Origin: an uncultured delta proteobacterium
GTDB taxonomy: Bacteria > Desulfobacterota > Desulfuromonadia > Desulfuromonadales > BM103
DNA length: 64,000 bases
Assembly: GCA_963715335.1 (NCBI GenBank)
Contig: CAVQRZ010000026.1
Location: forward strand, 50,410-114,409
Reading direction: 5' to 3'
This document shows, piece after piece, positions 62,939 through 64,000 of the stretch (positions are counted from its first letter, which is position 1; each line of letters opens with the position of its first letter). The translations under genes and the position numbers were made by a program. The notes beneath the pieces were generated by a model. That model searched no databases. It was not told the origin of the DNA and was given only the letters and a program-made list of their open reading frames with translations.

Positions 62939-63994
62939 ATGAGTATTCATCACAGGCCGATCGCTGAACGCGTTGAATGGCTACTCGACCTGGCCCGTCG
63001 CCACACCTCCGAATACCGCAGCCCGGAGGCCTGCCTGGCCCGGGAGCTCTACCTGGCGAAACACCCGACTGCCATTATCGTCCTCAAATGTATGGACGGC
63101 CGCATCAACATCCCCGTAGCCACCGGCACCCCTCCCGGGATCATTCAACCGATTCGGAACCTTGGCGGCATGTTTGACCTCGGCTGGCCGCACCTGGGCG
63201 AGGTCCTCGCCGAGAGCGTCCACCGCATGGTCGCCGCCGGTCGCCGGGTGCTGATCTTTATCACCTACCATTTCTCTCGCGGTGATGCCAATCGGGGCTG
63301 CGCCGGCTTCGCCTACGACACCTCGGCGGCCCTCGAACACTGCCGGGCCATCAAGCGGCAGGCCGAGCACATCTTCGGTGCCGGTCATGATACGGTCTAC
63401 CCGATCCTCTGCGGTTACGAAACCGATGAGGACGCCCTGCTGCTGCACGGCTTTAACGATGAAATCCTTGACCTTGCCAGCATTACCCAGGCTGACGCGC
63501 CCTCCCTCGGCCGTCGCCTGACCTCTCTCTGCCCTGACATGCCCGAGCAGATACGGCACGACCTGCTGCCGCTGCTTGAAGGGAACCTCAAGTGGATAGC
63601 CCAGGTGCGCGGCGCCAACCGGTCGCTCGATATCGAACACCGGGAGTGGATGATCTGCCTGGGGCGCGGTTTCGATTTCCTCCATACGCCCAACCTCGCC
63701 CTGATCATCGGCCCCTACAGCCCCGATCTGGCTGACCCGATCCGCAAGGCCGCCGGGATCATCGAAGCCAACATGCACGCGGGCCGGATCCCCGACGACG
63801 GCTTTCTGCTCTTCGCCTCGGTCCCCTACCAGGAGATCGGCATGGACCGGGCCCGCGCCGAGCTGAAATCCGAATTCCTCGCCGATTTCGCCGCAGAGGT
63901 CATTATCACCGAGTTTCCCGGGCTCGCAGAGCGTATGCACGTCCAGAAAGCGGTCCTCTCCTGGCGGTCGCGGGCCCTCGAATTACTCGATTGA
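62939..63994 (+). CDS. CsoSCA-like beta-class carbonic anhydrase
   Basis: SD GGGAGGAG; KCMDGR, RNLGG, YHFSRGDANRGCAGF (C-x-D-x-R plus H-x9-C zinc ligands). Confidence 0.7.
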   Translation: MSIHHRPIAERVEWLLDLARRHTSEYRSPEACLARELYLAKHPTAIIVLKCMDGRINIPVATGTPPGIIQPIRNLGGMFDLGWPHLGEVLAESVHRMVAAGRRVLIFITYHFSRGDANRGCAGFAYDTSAALEHCRAIKRQAEHIFGAGHDTVYPILCGYETDEDALLLHGFNDEILDLASITQADAPSLGRRLTSLCPDMPEQIRHDLLPLLEGNLKWIAQVRGANRSLDIEHREWMICLGRGFDFLHTPNLALIIGPYSPDLADPIRKAAGIIEANMHAGRIPDDGFLLFASVPYQEIGMDRARAELKSEFLADFAAEVIITEFPGLAERMHVQKAVLSWRSRALELLD

Positions 63995-64000
63995 GGGGCG

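Overview
Gene-dense chromosomal segment of a Desulfuromonadales-like deltaproteobacterium (Geobacter/Desulfuromonas relatives); taxonomy is inferred from gene order and protein style only. Core blocks are leuS(3' part)-lptE-holA, rpsT, murJ-ogt, glnB-glnA, thrC, maeB, exbBD-pfkA-MCP, mutS-amidase-glnD-xerD-apgM, holC-rsmE-trmJ-like-rlmD and rimP-nusA-ylxR/L7Ae-infB-DUF503-rbfA-nrnA-truB-rpsO-pnp-M16-dut. The right end (~51-64 kb) looks more accessory. No rRNA, tRNA, CRISPR array, transposase or prophage was recognised. Most notable: (1) a coupled LD-carboxypeptidase-spmA-spmB-class II amidohydrolase operon near a lytic transglycosylase, a candidate undescribed peptidoglycan-peptide salvage module; (2) a HEAT-repeat/HD-GYP gene pair sharing an apparently homologous N-terminal domain; (3) a stand-alone monoheme cytochrome resembling the His/Cys heme domain of TsdA/SoxA; (4) a CsoSCA-like carbonic anhydrase with no carboxysome genes in view; (5) a +1 frameshift in glnD removing the ACT sensor region; (6) sigma54 promoters with enhancer-like palindromes upstream of glnB-glnA and maeB; (7) a decayed sucC-like fragment, structured leaders (rimP, rpsO, pnp) and short-period intergenic repeats. 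All calls are from reading the sequence; no database searches were run.
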